A stretch of DNA of 64,000 nucleotides, taken from contig CM039002.1 of NCBI GenBank assembly GCA_017499595.2, forward strand, positions 1 to 64,000, written 5' to 3'. The DNA is from Psilocybe cubensis (Eukaryota). Positions 48,110-62,300 of the stretch are shown piece by piece; positions within the stretch are counted from its first letter, which is position 1; every line of letters begins with the position of its first letter. The position numbers and the translations under genes were made by a program. The notes under the pieces are model-generated. The model was not told the origin of the DNA and did no database searches. It saw only the letters and a program-made list of their open reading frames with translations.

Positions 48110-49017
48110 ATGGTTCTCACTCTAGTTGGCAGCACATCCTCCACTTGCTCTCTGCGCGTTGCGATGGTTCTCCACGAGAAGAAAGTCCCCTTCGAGTTCA
48201 TACCCATCGACCTGGCCAAGGGCGAACACAAAGCACCCCCGTACATGGAAAAGCAGCCCTTCGGCGTCGTCCCATACATCGTACGCACGCATATAACACC
48301 AACTAAATTGACTTCTCACTCTCACACTCACCGTGCACCAACAGGACGACGACGGGTTCATTTTGTATGAAAGCCGTGCGATCTGTCATTACATCGCATC
48401 CAAGTACGCCGGACAAGGCAACGATACGTTGATCCCGTCCTCTGATCTCAAAGCCATCGCGCTGTTCCATCAAGCCGCGTCCACCGAGCTCTGCCACTTC
48501 AACGACTTTGCAGAGAAGATCGTCGTCGAGAGGGTCTTCAAGCCGTTCGTGCAGCCATTCATTGATCAATATCCAATTTAATTTCCCAGTGCTAATGAAC
48601 AATTATGCAGGATGAATGGACTCGCTACGGACGAAGAGCACGTCAAGCGCCTTCTTGCGACGTTGGAGTACAAGCTCGATGCGTATGACAAGATCCTGGG
48701 AAAGCAAAAGTATCTTGCTGGAAATGTACGTATAGTCCTTACCTCAACCGTGTGTTTTCTGGTTCTGATGGATACTACAGACATTCACCTTGGCGGATTT
48801 ATTCCACATTCCGTATGGCGCCCTCCTTCCTGTTGCAGGCGCCCCTGCTCTTGATCTTGACAAGAGGCCCAATGTTGCTAGGTGAGATCCGGAAACACTG
48901 TTAACGTATTAGCAAAACCCAATGATAAATTAAAATAGGTGGTGGAAGGATATCACCTCCCGCCCTACCTGGAACGCGGTCAAGGACGGTGTTAAAGCAC
49001 ACACCGGCGCTTATTAA
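48110..49017 (+). CDS. Glutathione S-transferase (Phi-like fungal GST), multi-exon
   Basis: STCSLRVAMVLHEK, QPFGVVPYI, DDDGFILYESRAI, LGKQKYLAG, TLADLFH; tataaa at ~48025; canonical introns. Confidence 0.92.
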
Positions 49018-49799
49018 TCTTTCTCTGATGGTATCTTCTCCTCTTGGAGGAAGTCTGCGTACTTTCAGATGTAGATTATTTTCCCCTTGTGGCTACATAT
49101 CAGTTGAACGCTCATGAAATAGAATAGCTTACGTTATAATTCAAGACGTCAATAGGACTCAAAGAAATGTTCTTTGGAATCAAAATTTGTCTAACATCAA
49201 GAAGGTAGTGATGATGAGAACGTGGATTATTGCAACAACGAGCAATCGTTAAGAATAAATATCCAGCGTGTAATAGCCCTGTCCCACACAAGATGAGCAG
49301 CATATAGCGGATATGTGAACGTAGTACGGCGCTTGACGCACCTTCTCCGGGTCAAGCGTCATATTGTAACAGGACAAGCGAGAAATGATGCTGGTGATTT
49401 TCGGTATATGGTTCAGCTTGGATAAATACTTGGATATTGCGATGCATGAAAAATGCGATAACAATGTCAGTGCTAGTGTCTTCGAGCGGACATTGAAGGT
49501 CTTTGGCTCAGAATCTGAGCCTAGATGCGCGCTTTTCCTGTGCACCGCCATTTAATTATCCACATTCCTGAGCGTGTATGTAGATTAGGAGACTATCTCA
49601 AGCGATATATTCGAAGGTTTTTTTAAAATCTGTTTCTAATAGAAACCATATTCATTTTTGTCTCACACTCGGTGCAACTTGCCGATCATGCCGTGACCAG
49701 ATTGATACAAATTAAAGAGATGTAGCGATAAGATAAATAATGCTTTGTCTGACGACCATCCAACATCGATCCCTTGGGCCCCACTCCCCATCGCTTTGA

Positions 49800-50032
49800 A
49801 CTATGCCCTACAAGGTACAAATAACTGGGAGGGAATAAGGTGCGCAAATTAGTTTGTTTGTTGTTGACACCTATGATTATAGTGCTTACTTTTCTATTCA
49901 TTAATCAAGTCGGGTCTTATTCCTGGATAGACCACCCTGCCATAGGTGTCTATACGAAATTTTTGGACAGCGAAGTTCCCCCCTCGCTTAGCGCCCCCTT
50001 TCTGCACGCGCAGCTTTCTTTTACCGCTGACA
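49800..50032 (-). pseudogene. 3' fragment of an orphan-family gene cut by a TIR element
   Basis: FRIDTYGRVVYPGIRPD exon; similarity stops at the element boundary. Confidence 0.6.
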
Positions 50033-51131
50033 TATGGCTGTCCGTTTGCACATTTAATACCAATCATTAATCTTTTTGTCCCATACATATAAAGGACATT
50101 TTTACACAATGCCGATTATATATATTGGTGTCCCGATCACAGAGAACTAGCTTCCGAAGATAGAGGAAATCATCCCAATCATTGTATTTACAGGACCTTC
50201 AGCTTTAATGAAAGGTACGGACATATATGCATCTATCCCCTACATAGGAAATCTTATACCATACTTTGAAACCACCTCCCCATATATCTAACATTTTTTC
50301 CGAAGATATACAGTCGTTGAGATGACCATCGTGCGTGCCGTCACTGCCGAATCCGTGTGGGAATTATGTTGGTACCCCGCTTTGGGGTGGATAGCTACTC
50401 GTGGAGCAGCTAGGCGAGTGTTTTAAGTTCACAATATGGATTTAAAATTTCACGATTGACAAAAAAAAACACCAAACCTGTGCGTATAGCTGACACTAAA
50501 TAGGTTGACTACCTATAACCTCATTTTCAGGTGTATTTAACCTTAACCAAGCTTAACACATCCGCTACTAGCTGTCATCACAGCGCTTGGCTCAGAAAAG
50601 ACACGAAATAATGCTGTATTCAGCTTACATTGTAGCATTCACAATTGGTTAGTATTTGAAACTTTGTCAGTGCTTACTCTGCCAGTGTCAAGGTGAAAAA
50701 ACAGCAATGTGCTGTGATTCGTCTGGCTGATTGCCGATATTTGCCGAATTCGCACGAAGGCAAGCTTGCCTCGGCATAAAAAAATGCCGAAAATCGCCTG
50801 TATATCTTCGGGACGACGACAGGTAAAATCTAAGATTGCCGGAACCAGTAGATATATGTGGGGGAGCAAAAAATGTATGAAAGGGCATGAGTTTTCTATG
50901 TAAGGGATTCTAATATATATATGTGGGCTCCAAAACAATATGTATGGTACTCAAAGTTGTACCTAAGGTTACAATATACAAATGTGTGGATATGGGATCT
51001 TTATGATTGGAAGCCATTTTTCTATCTTCGGACACCATAAGATATACTTATCGGAAGACTTAGTCCAAGACTTCTAAGTATGGGACAAAAAGATTAATGA
51101 TTGGTATTAAATGTGCAAACGGACAGCCATA
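50033..51131. mobile_element. Non-autonomous TIR element of the same family (diverged interior), without a TSD
   Basis: About 54-bp TIRs starting TATGGCTGTCC; flanks ctgaca and aatcat do not match. Confidence 0.88.
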
Positions 51132-51159
51132 AATCATGGGGAAATGCTATCTCAAGTGA

Positions 51160-52083
51160 AGAAACTGTATGAGTTTAATCTTGCCACGCTCACAGTTGAC
51201 TATCGAGGGTTAGTTCTGAATTCACGGCACATACACACACATATATATATATATATATAAACTGATGATGGATATGTAGCTACGGACATAGCGAAGGCGT
51301 ACCGTCTGAAAATGGTGAGTTGCACTCGACGGTTTCTACCTGATTTTATTCAACTCAATCCACTTTTCAGGTATCCGCCTCGACGCTCAGGCCGCCATAG
51401 ACTATGTAAAGAACCACCACATCCTGTGCAAACTCCCAATCGTACGTCAATGGTCTGAGAATATAGGCGCTCATAGTAAGCTTTCCACGCGTCCTCAGAT
51501 TCTATTCGGTCACGGTCTGGGTGGGGCTGTAGCTATCTATACTGCAAGTAAAAACCCAAACACGGTGCGTAATCAAGCATGATTTGTGATTATGCATTCT
51601 GTCTCAACCGAAATCTATCTCCAGGTATCCGCTGTAATAGTTGAAAATACCTATACATCAATTCCAGATCTCCTCAAAAGCATGCCTGTCATCCGCTATT
51701 TCTCCTGGATGTCTACACAGAAATGGAGGTCATCAACCGCATTATCCCGTCTTCCTACATCATTGCCCATTTTGATTCTGAGCGGGCGTATGGATGAGTA
51801 CATACCGTACACGTACATGGAGAAACTGTGGAAAATAGCGATGAATAGAGGTCGTTCGGAAAGCAAAAATAGTGTACCAAATGAAGAATATAGACCTCCT
51901 ATGAACGACATGTTTCGGGTCTTTCCTGATGGAATGCACTGTGAGTGGACTTCGCACATTGCTTCACTATTTTTCTCTCATTGTGCGCCACTGGTAGATT
52001 ATACGTCCCACGAACCCTACTATTGGGAGACCGTTTTTGAATTTCTTGACCCTTTAATTCGTATTTCTCATACAGAAACGTAG
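51160..52083 (+). pseudogene. 5'-truncated alpha/beta hydrolase (Bem46/ABHD13-like)
   Basis: VDYRG|YGHSEGVPSENG, LDAQAAIDYV, ILFGHGLGGAVAI, IVENTYTSI, ILSGRMDE, FPDGMH; the N-terminus is missing at the TIR element. Confidence 0.7.
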
Positions 52084-52192
52084 AAAATTTTTGCTTTGTT
52101 TTCATTTACTCGCAAAACATTTCAACCAACATTTTCATTCTATTTATCGCGTTGCTAATTCTATTTGCTCGTGTGGATATTTTGTACACGTA

Positions 52193-53282
52193 TATGGCTG
52201 TCCGTTTGCACATTTAATACCAATCTATAAACTTTTTGTCCCATACATAGAAGTCTCAATTCTACACAATTCCATATACACACTCTGATGTCCCGGATAT
52301 AGAAAGATGGTTTCCGAACATATAAATCCAGTATCCATACATTCATAGGTTGCACCCTCAGATACAACTTTGAATACCATACATATAGTTTTGGTGCCCA
52401 CATATACAAATTACAATCCCTTACATAGAGAAAACACTCCATTTTATACATATTTTGTTGTCTTACTTATATCTGAAGGTTCCCCGTATGATTATTCTTA
52501 CCTTTCTTCATCCCGAAGATATACAGTCATTTTTCGGCATTCTGTCTATGCCGTGCATGCCTAGGCATCGTGAGAATCGGCAAATCTCGGCAAATGTGGA
52601 CACAAATTACAGTTCATTGCCTGTATGCCTATCAACACACGCTGATTGAACATTAAAGAGATGCACATTTATCCAATTAATCAGTAAATATATTCCTGTG
52701 TAGGCTGATTACAGAAGTAGCTTGTCTTCATAGTTTGAGACGAGTGCTTTGACCAGCCCAGTCGCCGTGCTAAGGCTTAAAAAGGCCTAAGTTGAGGTTG
52801 CAGACAGAAAATTGCATTGGAGTAGTCTATATACAGTCTTATGTGACTTAATGTACGAGTGTTTATGCTCATGATTAATTTTATAATCTTGTAATGACTG
52901 TCCTACTTTCTTCACAAGTAGCAAGCCACTGCAAGCGGGACGAAAATCGAGTTCCCACGCCTCTACGGCACGGACGGCACAAATAATATTCATCTGGACA
53001 ACTCTATATCTTCGGACCAAAGTTGAGGTACATGCGGAGAGGGTCACAGACTATGGTACTGAGTTTTTTATGTATGGATAGCATACCCTTATGTGTGCAG
53101 CTCCCATTCAAACTTAAGGGCATGCAAATACAATGACCGGGATAATTTCTTGTATGCTCGGAAATTATCTCTCTATAACCGGGACACCAAGGTATGTAGT
53201 TGGGTTCAAGAAAAATTGTAATTTATATGTATGGGGAAAGAAGTTTATACTTTGGTATTAAATGTGCAAACGGACAGCCATA
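52193..53282. mobile_element. Non-autonomous TIR element, 1090 bp, inverted relative to 40522-41610
   Basis: Same TIRs; 6-bp TSD CACGTA (52187-52192 and 53283-53288). Confidence 0.9.
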
Positions 53283-54559
53283 CACGTATGCCAGTAGATT
53301 ACTGCTGTTTTCTCAGACTATTACCAGCAGAGTCTGATCTCATTATCCTGTGTACCACCAAATAAATTACAACGGACATCGCTGATATTCTGATTTTACG
53401 CTATATCTATGGTCAATATGTAGCTTTTACTCATGCATTATTGTGTAGCATATGCCCTTCTTGGATATTTACCACTATTCATGCATTTCTGACCCTTCAG
53501 ATGCACGAATACACACAAGGATGCTCTATTTCATTCTTTTCACGATTCATAGTGTTTGCACAGTGCCAGAGATATCTGAAATGGTGCACAAGCTGTACTA
53601 CGAAAATGTTTAGTCGCTCAAATGGCCAAATTCGACTGCAACGATGATGCTCAAGCTCAAGGTCTGTGTGCTACATTTTAGTAACATTTCTCGTTCATCA
53701 ATAAACTCAATTCCAAAGTAACTACAAGTAGAGTCCCTGAGTGGCACGTGTCGAAGAGAGCCTTGAATCCAAAAATTGCAATTTTATCTTCATAATGCAC
53801 TTGAAGTTTGTACGGCGTACACCATCCGCATAGACTTACACAGTGACCGGCTCAGATGCAAAGGGTAGACCCGAGGTATCCACCATCGCCACTGCTCTCA
53901 AAATTACCCACGTCGAACGTCGAACACGCGTCAACGCAGAAGGAGTAGTGATCTATCGGACATGAAGAGCATGCAGGCTTCTTGGACCTTACAAAGAATG
54001 CGCTAAAACACCGCCAAAAACAACAAATCACAAAGAAAAGACAGTCGAAGTTGTGAATGAAGCAACAGATCAGGCCAGTGATAGTCACTTTGAGAAGGTA
54101 GGGGTGACCTGTGTGGGAATGGACATGGCGAGGAGGGCGGGGCCCAAAATGCAAGAGGTGGCGAGGACGAGTGAGTGTCGAGAAAACTCACATCTTCTTT
54201 GATATCCGAATGAGTGCTTGATGTAATGCGGCGTGGTTGCGATTTTTGCAGAGGATACAATCTACAACCAATATTATTTTATATATACTTTTTCCACATT
54301 GTATTTGTTGGAACAAAGATTAAATCATCCGCGAACATTGAAAATCAACAGAAAGCTCCAACACACCGCTCCTTCTATGTGCCTAAGATCATTTATTCAA
54401 GGTAGCTGTTTTCAAGCAGTGCTTGCGAATAATAGAGGCCGTGAAGCTTGCCGATCATGCCGTGACCAAACAGATACAAGCTGAAGAGATGTAGCGATAA
54501 GATAAATACATATCTGACGATTCCTTCCAACAGTAGTCCCCGTCCCAACCGCTTTTCAC

Positions 54560-55975
54560 CATTCCCGACGAATTACAGATGCTGCGGGCTGATAAGGTGC
54601 GATTATTTTTTTTGTTTGTAGATCTGTGATTGGAGTGCTTACTTTTCCGTCCACAGATCAGGCCTCATTCCTCTATACACCACATTTCCATGCTTGTCTA
54701 TACGCACTATGCGTTCCGCCCGTTTCCCTCCTCTCTTAGCGCCCCTGTTGTACGAGCGGGGCCCTCTTTTCTTTATTAAGCTGACAGGATGAATAAACAA
54801 GTCAAATCCAAACACTGGGTATGTCCTTTTTCACAAACACTCACCTTCTACTTCCTTGCTCCGTTTGGGGCTCGGATCTGCAACTGTTTGCTTCAGTCCC
54901 ACAGAATTCGAGAGATGGGAAATCAGAATTTACCTTCGAGCATTGCCTGATGATCCAGTATTCCTGGTAAATGTTGGCTCGACGGGCGCGAACCCGGAGC
55001 CATGTGGCTCGTTGTGCTCTTTGTGCTCCAACGTAGAATTTTGATTTCGTGTCTCTCCAAAAGAAGGACTCGGCATAGTTGAGTTGTATTGATAATTTTG
55101 CGCCCCTCCCAAGTGCCTCAGACCCTCCTCCCCGTGGTATGACAATGGGTGAGGCTGGTTCCGAACGACCATGTATGGAGGATACCTGTGACGAGGCATG
55201 TCAGTTTGCTGTCTTGATGGGCCAGCAAACAGGTCTCTCGGAAAAGTAGACCTCTGCGGAGGATGAGGACGACGTTCGGTCCCGTGTTCCGTTTCAAAAG
55301 TATTAACCGGCGTCTGAACTAAGTCGCTCCTGGACACGGATGATTGACCGTACACATGGTGTCCAAAATCTGAGTACATTGAATTGGGAGCTTTTGCAAT
55401 TGAGCTGCGCATAGGCCTTGCAGCCGGCGTGTCATAGAATGGTGCGCTCGAAACGTCCCCCACAGTAGCGACCAGATTGTCATTTAGAAATGAAAAGTCT
55501 AAGTCGGTGTCCCATAGCTGTGCTGAATGTTGGGAGGGGTACGGAGCCAGCAATGATGCGGCTTGTGCCATTGCTTGGGAAGGATCATTTAAGGTGGCAT
55601 CGCCGAGATTCAGTGGACCTTCATTCAGGTCATCGATACCACCCTGGGGGTGGGGAATGGAATTGACTTGCTGTGTACCTTGCTCTGAAGAATTTTGTTA
55701 ACACAGGCTACGTGGAAAGGTATAGCATTTCGTACCAGGCATAAGATATTGGTGAAACAGAGAGGGGAGTAAGAGATCCTCCACGCTTCCTTCAAAATTG
55801 TTGATTGCATTTGGACGTTCATGGTAGCTATCTATTCCCCCAATACTATCAGCTTTAGACTAAAGTTTTTGTAGCCGTGATTACGATCTCACCAGTAACA
55901 TTGAAATCGAATGGTTCAGACCCGCTCTGACTGAGCGAGATGCTCGAAAAATTGAAGAAGTTGTACTGAGACATT
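54560..55975 (-). CDS. Orphan subtelomeric family copy
   Basis: ORF 54930-55571 (AGPSRQ, GFAPVEPT) plus a VRIDKHGNVVYRGMRPD exon; inverted paralog of ~26300-28500; boundaries approximate. Confidence 0.55.
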
Positions 55976-57879
55976 GGTTGAGAGGCAGCGAGGGGCTCTG
56001 ATTCAAAAATTGGGAATGGGTCAAGGTGAGAAATTTCGAGGAAAACAATGGATGGTCAGATCTTTATAACATGAGAAAAAACCCTGAACACGCCTTCTTC
56101 GAGTCATCCCTCAGCGCCGGCTTTTCGCTGTGGGAAACAATACCATCGGAATCTTTTAATTACGCTTCTTAGCTGTCTCTCTCATCAAATCAGATGAGAC
56201 GACAGTAAGTATGCCAGACAAAGTGACCTCAAGGTACAGACACTTACTGAAGGCTCAGATCATCACTGCTCTGAACAGTGTTATTTACCTCCAGGCTAAG
56301 TTGCGCAACGATCGAGTATTGAGCATGCGGCAGCCGTGATGTGTACTACACCGGGTAGATCACAATGGATAAACAACACACAATACTTGAATAGTTTTTT
56401 TTTTCCCACTGAATCCATACCCTGAAAGCTGTACGTCCAGTTTGATCACACGAAGTCTCCCATTTTCCTAACCGAAATTTAAAGCAAATCCTCTCAATGA
56501 ATTAGGAGATACTCTAGTGGTGCGTGAAGTCTACTTAAATTTTACCACAATTTGACCAAAATTTATGGCTCACATTGTATCGACCCTGCATTCTTTCCAG
56601 AACGGCTCTGTCATCGTGCAGATAAAGTGGCAGTAGAGCCCTTAACAGTCCTTACCGCTCATCCCACGAACCCTGCGGCGCGGGGCGGAGTCAGATGGAC
56701 TAAACAGAATAGTTGGCTACTATTCTGCGGCAATGCAAAGGGGGAAATAGAAATAAATTACTGCAAGAAAACCAGGGCTGGAATCTATACCACAAACCAG
56801 GAAACGTTCAGTATTTTTCTCCTAATACGATGCATTAAAATCATGGATGCCGATGTGCAACCAACGATTTCTATTCCATCCCTTGGGTAAGAGACTCGCT
56901 AAATTAACGACATAAAAAGCTTTCAAGCGGGAATACTGGATAGGTGTACAACTGTTTTACACCGCGAAATCCATCTGTTCAATGTAGCAGGGTCTCGTAT
57001 GGTTGTGTGTTGCGTTGACTCTCTGCCAGCAGCTGTTTTTTGAACTCTGAACATCCAGAGATCACGGTCAGTGGGAGTCAAGAAGAGGCGGAACGCAAGG
57101 GTATTCATTAGCATTGGGATAAGACAGGACATTACAACTTACCCAAACGAGGGTTTAAAGATGGTATTCTCAAAGCGACATCGTACCTGATGCTCAACAT
57201 GAGGAATTCAACGTCGACTATATGATATTATAATCATATTGACTCAGCAGCGTGCAGGGAGTATGGTAAATCTTGGAGATGTATAAGCTGTGTGGTGTGA
57301 TATAGAGGGAATACGAATCAAAGAAGGAAACTTAGTCGGCTTGTGCACACGGGCACATTCAATTTCTCCTTCCGCCCTCTTGCTCCACATCTCAACAGGC
57401 CAACCATGTATAAATCAACGCCCAAATCCCCAACTTCCCCATACGCATCCAAGGACACACCATCTCATAACTCAACGATGTGTGTATGCGCTGATATTGC
57501 TGTTCGTCAGTCTCTAACAATTGGTATGGCCCTCTGTCTCTTGATTCTGTTTCTGACGGATAATGTGGGGGGTTTGATTCCAATATATGCCGTCCCGGGA
57601 AACATATAACCAGTAGGTACAGACGAGGCTGCACCACACAAAGCCGGCAGGGAACTTAAAAGCAGGATATGAGGGTTCGATATTAAGTCTTAAAAGATTC
57701 ACTAAGTCAGAGTGCGCACTACAATGCTTTTTCCCACACTCAATTCAGCTTGCCGACAATACCGTGACCAAATCGATACAAATTGAAAAGATGCTACGAT
57801 AAGATAAATATTTTCTCTCTGATGATCATTCTATCCAACGTTAGTCCCGCGCCCCCCAACCGCTATGTCCCATGTCCCA

Positions 57880-59350
57880 CGAATTACAGGAATCTAAGGT
57901 GATGAGAGGAAAGAAGGTGCGTAAATCAGTCTGTTGTTTGTAGACCTGTGATAGGAGCGCTTACTTTTCTGTTCATTTTTCTTTGTCAGCGCATCCCTTG
58001 ATACACCACCTTTCCAGTGACTCGGTCTATGCGTACTTTACGTACAAAGGGCTTTTCCCCTCGTTTGGCGCTCCGATTTCCTGCCCGAGGCACTCTTTTG
58101 GGTGCCACTCTGACATCATGCGAAAACATGTCAAATCGAGACTCAGTGCGTGAATTTTAAACACACTCACTTTCCATTTCCTTGTTCTTGCTGAGGCTCG
58201 GATCTGCAATATGGGTATGGGCCTGGAAAGGGTGTAGCGTGCGCCGCAGATTGGGAGAGATCACTCCAGGCGGCATTGCTGAGACCTAGCGGTCCTTCCT
58301 GGAGATAATCCGTGACCCCCAGGGGTTGGGGGATTGAGTTGATGTCCTGCTCTGCAGCATACGTGAACACAGGGTATGTGGAATAACATATCAGTCCGTA
58401 CCAGGAATATGAGATCCTTGGAAGGGGGAGGGGAGTAAAAAATCCTCAAAGCCTCCTTCGAAATTGTCAAATCTGTACGCTGGTTCAAGGTAGCTATCTA
58501 TTCATCCCCACACGATTGGTATTAGCCCAATGCACTCGTATTGACAATAAAGGTCTCACCAGTGATACCGGTTGCTTCAGATCCGCTGTGATAGAGCATG
58601 ATGTTCGAGAAATTGAAGATGTTGGACTGGGACATTGAGAAAACAGCGAGGGGTGCTAAAGCGAAGATTGGGGAGACCCTGTATGGGGTGTTTCTGCTAT
58701 GAGGCAGGCCCGTTTGCTGTCTTGACAACCCAACAGGCATGTCTAGCCGGGATGTAAATGCTGGTGCAGCATGTGAGGTGGATGCGAACTCGTGTGTCCT
58801 GTCAAAGGTGACAATCTTGCTTTCCATTGGCCTAGAAATGGGCAGGGCATCCGATAGGGTTCCACATGTCGCCCGCACGGGGTCCTTCCATCTCCTTTCT
58901 CGTTTTGCGGCTCCGACCTGCAATCATTTGCGTCAGTCCCAAACATTTCGAGAGATAGGAAATCAAAACATACTTTCGAGCATCTCCTGACGAGTCAGTT
59001 ATCCATTCGGATATCTGCTCAACGGGCGTGAACCCGGGGCTTTCTTGCTGGTGATGTTCTATATGCTTGAATGTAGTGCTTTGCTTACTTGTCTCTCCAG
59101 ATGGAGGACTCGGCAAGGTTGTATTGTTGTGCAGTATTTAAACATATCAGGGATTACCGCCGACGGGATACCCTCTAAATCACCCTCTACTCCGCTCAGA
59201 GGGTAGCGGTTAGCTATTGCATCGATCATGCCATATTTTAGAATAGTGTTCATATACCGTAAAATCGCAATCTCACCTACGGTACCCGTTGCATCCCATT
59301 CATTCCGACCAAGGGTGATCTTTGAAGATCTAGCGTCGTTTATAGACATC
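57880..59350 (-). pseudogene. Two fused or deleted orphan-family copies
   Basis: 57880-58670 resembles the 14738 copy with an internal deletion; 58680-59350 resembles the 11590 and 23820 copies and is cut at NTPYRV. Confidence 0.55.
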
Positions 59351-62300
59351 AAGGGCTTCAATTTGAAGAGAAATAAAAGTATAGACACAACATTTGGGAG
59401 CGGATTGTAGTGGGAATTTTCAAGATGAACAATGGACGGCTCGATCTTTATAACATGAGAAAAAAAAAAGGTTGAACACGGTCATCCCCCTGCGCTGGCT
59501 ATTGGCTGTGGGAAACTCAGCTAGCGGTATCTTTTGGAGTTCTCCCTTTCATTGGACAGGTCAACGGTGATGATTTTGAGGAATGATTTCAAGGTAAAGA
59601 AATAATTACGCTCAGCAATTAGCCTTCGGTTGATCAGCATTTTCTACCTCCCGAATATGTTTTGCAGGCGGTAAGTGTTAAGCACGCGGTGGCCGCAATG
59701 TGTACTACACCGGGTAGATTATAACTGATTAACCATACACAATATGCACAGTAATTCTTTCCCACCGCCCCGCCGAATCGATCACCTGAAACCGTACGCT
59801 CCGTCACCGTTGTAGACATCAAGTACAAATACAATGATACACTGTTTCGCACTCAAAGCCAAATACCTGGTAATGAATAAAGAGAACCTGTAATGGAGAG
59901 AAGCGATTGCCAACATCCGTACTGAATGTAGATTCAAATAAATTAACGATGAAAATGGTGAACCAGGTTAGAAAAAACACGGTTAGAGTGGACTGTAACC
60001 CCACAACCTATGAAAACACCTCAAGAGATACGGACTCGTATGCCTATTCTAACAACTCATAAAACCGATGTCCTACATCCTCGGCTCGACTGAAGAGTGG
60101 TGAATGACTGGTTTGAGATGGATTGGGTAATTAAATGAACTCATACGTATATGTTAAATGACGCACCTAGAGCCATGGGTCATTCTTTGTGCTGGAACAC
60201 CGCAGTGTTTCTTGATTCTCAACATGTCTATAGAGCCCACATCAACGCCTGGTATTTAGTGGAGGAGTGTTAAAATAAACGATAGGCGGGAGCTTGAGGA
60301 GAGAATCAATAATGGTGGGACATAAAAGCGAAGAACTTCCCACCGAGTTACTGAAAATATTTGGGTACTATGGTCAAGATCTTCAAATAGAAAAGATCCG
60401 CGATGACTCCTCCAAGTGAATGACGCATAATTAACAGATGAAAGTGCTACATTATCGCGCTGGTCGTTGTGGCTGAAGCTGACGCTGAAGGGCTTGGACA
60501 GCGGCGTGGGAGAAAATAGCGCTGACTTGATCATATTTCGAGCGGAGATTGAACGTCTTCGGCTCAAACTACGCGACAAACACATCGTGTTGGCTTTGGG
60601 TGGCGCGAGATTTAATCCACTTGCCAGCGCCTCCTTCATCTACCCCCAATATCTAGCACTTCTGTCACACACTCTGTCACCGACTCCACATCCGTGCAGC
60701 AGACATACATAAACGCAGGAACCTGTCACCCTTTTGGGAACCTCGCCGCTCTAGAACATGTATGCATTGAAGGGCGTTGCTGATGCGTTTGGAAACTCAT
60801 GGTACGTCGCAGCGTATGTATAACACCCCCTCTGTTTCACTCTAATTAGCAGTCGATCACATCCTCAAGCATGCGACCTGGACATATTCGATTTTCACCC
60901 ATCTTGTACAACCTCTCGAACACTCGCATCCTCCCCATCTACTTCCCTTTTTAGATAAGACCACTGTGCTCTCCTTCCTCCTGTTTCTCATCAAAAGGCT
61001 CAACTGCACAATACCGGATTCACTACATCACTTTCTCGACGGATTTGAGCGTGAGAAAGTGGGGTGTTTGAAAACGTAGGTCGAGATTGGGATGTTCTCT
61101 TTCGATTGCTATGGTACGTCTCCCATTTTCTCCTTGGTATGCATGCTTCCGCTTCTTTTTGTGACTCCTTTTTTGAATCTGCATGCTTCCTGCCTCATTG
61201 TCGCTGTCAAGTTTCATTTTAACGTTCGCACAATCTCCCGCCCGACTCCTCGCACACCAGCACTTCCCCGTCCTCTTACACTGTGGCCCCGACTTCTGGC
61301 AAACTTGTCATATACAATCCGCGTCTTCTGCTCTTAAGGATGTTTGACAACATGTGAATGTTCCCCCGCACGGGGTCTGGAGGAGTGATAGAGTTGTTAG
61401 ACGGTGGAGACAACCGTGTCGCTTCCGGAGGTTGATGCGAAGCTCTTCTGATCACCCTCCGTCAGGTTTTGTGGTATGTCTGTACTACCTTGTCCATGTT
61501 GCTCATGCTCACCGTATCATGTCTCGACTATATTGCATACTACTTGCACTCTTTGCCTCCCATACGTTATAGATTCTACAGTGTGCACATACTCCCCCCC
61601 TCCCGCTCGACTCGACGCTCTTCGATACATCCCCCCCTCATCTTATGCGGCCTGCCCTTCATGTATGCATCGTCCGCTGCCCGGTTGACCCTATGTCAGT
61701 AATCCGCACCCCGCTTCTTTGTCGCGCCCGTCTTTATTTTTCCTTTTTTACTACTTTACCATACAGGGCTGTTAAACGACCACAAAAGAAGGATTGTGAA
61801 CAGGTAGACAAACACAAATAGGCCTGCCGCTTCGCATCTTAACCCGGGCGCCGGTGGGCTAGGTCCCGCTACACCCATGGACTCTTCAAGCTCCTTTGGA
61901 GTGTCCGGTTGCGGTTCGGGGTATGGGAGTAATGGAAGTGGAGGGGGTAATGGAGGTAATGGAGGAGGAGGGGAGGAACAGGTCAAAACGCATTCTGCGA
62001 TGTCGCCATTCCATGCCAAGTAAGATTCGATTGGGGGAAGGGATTGGGATGCGTGAGGGTCTTCAGGGTCTGGGTGAGGGGGAGAGGGAGGGGCATCTTG
62101 TGTATGTTTCGTCTTCTGTGTGTTACATCCCATTCTTTACCAGTAATCGGCACCTAGCTTCTTTGTTTCGCCCATCTTTGGTTCTCTTTTTTAACTATTT
62201 ATCATACAGGGCCGTTAAACAACAACAGAAGATCATTGTGAATGCGAACACAAACAACAAACGCAATCAGGCAAAGGCGCCCACCACGTGGGGAATGATG

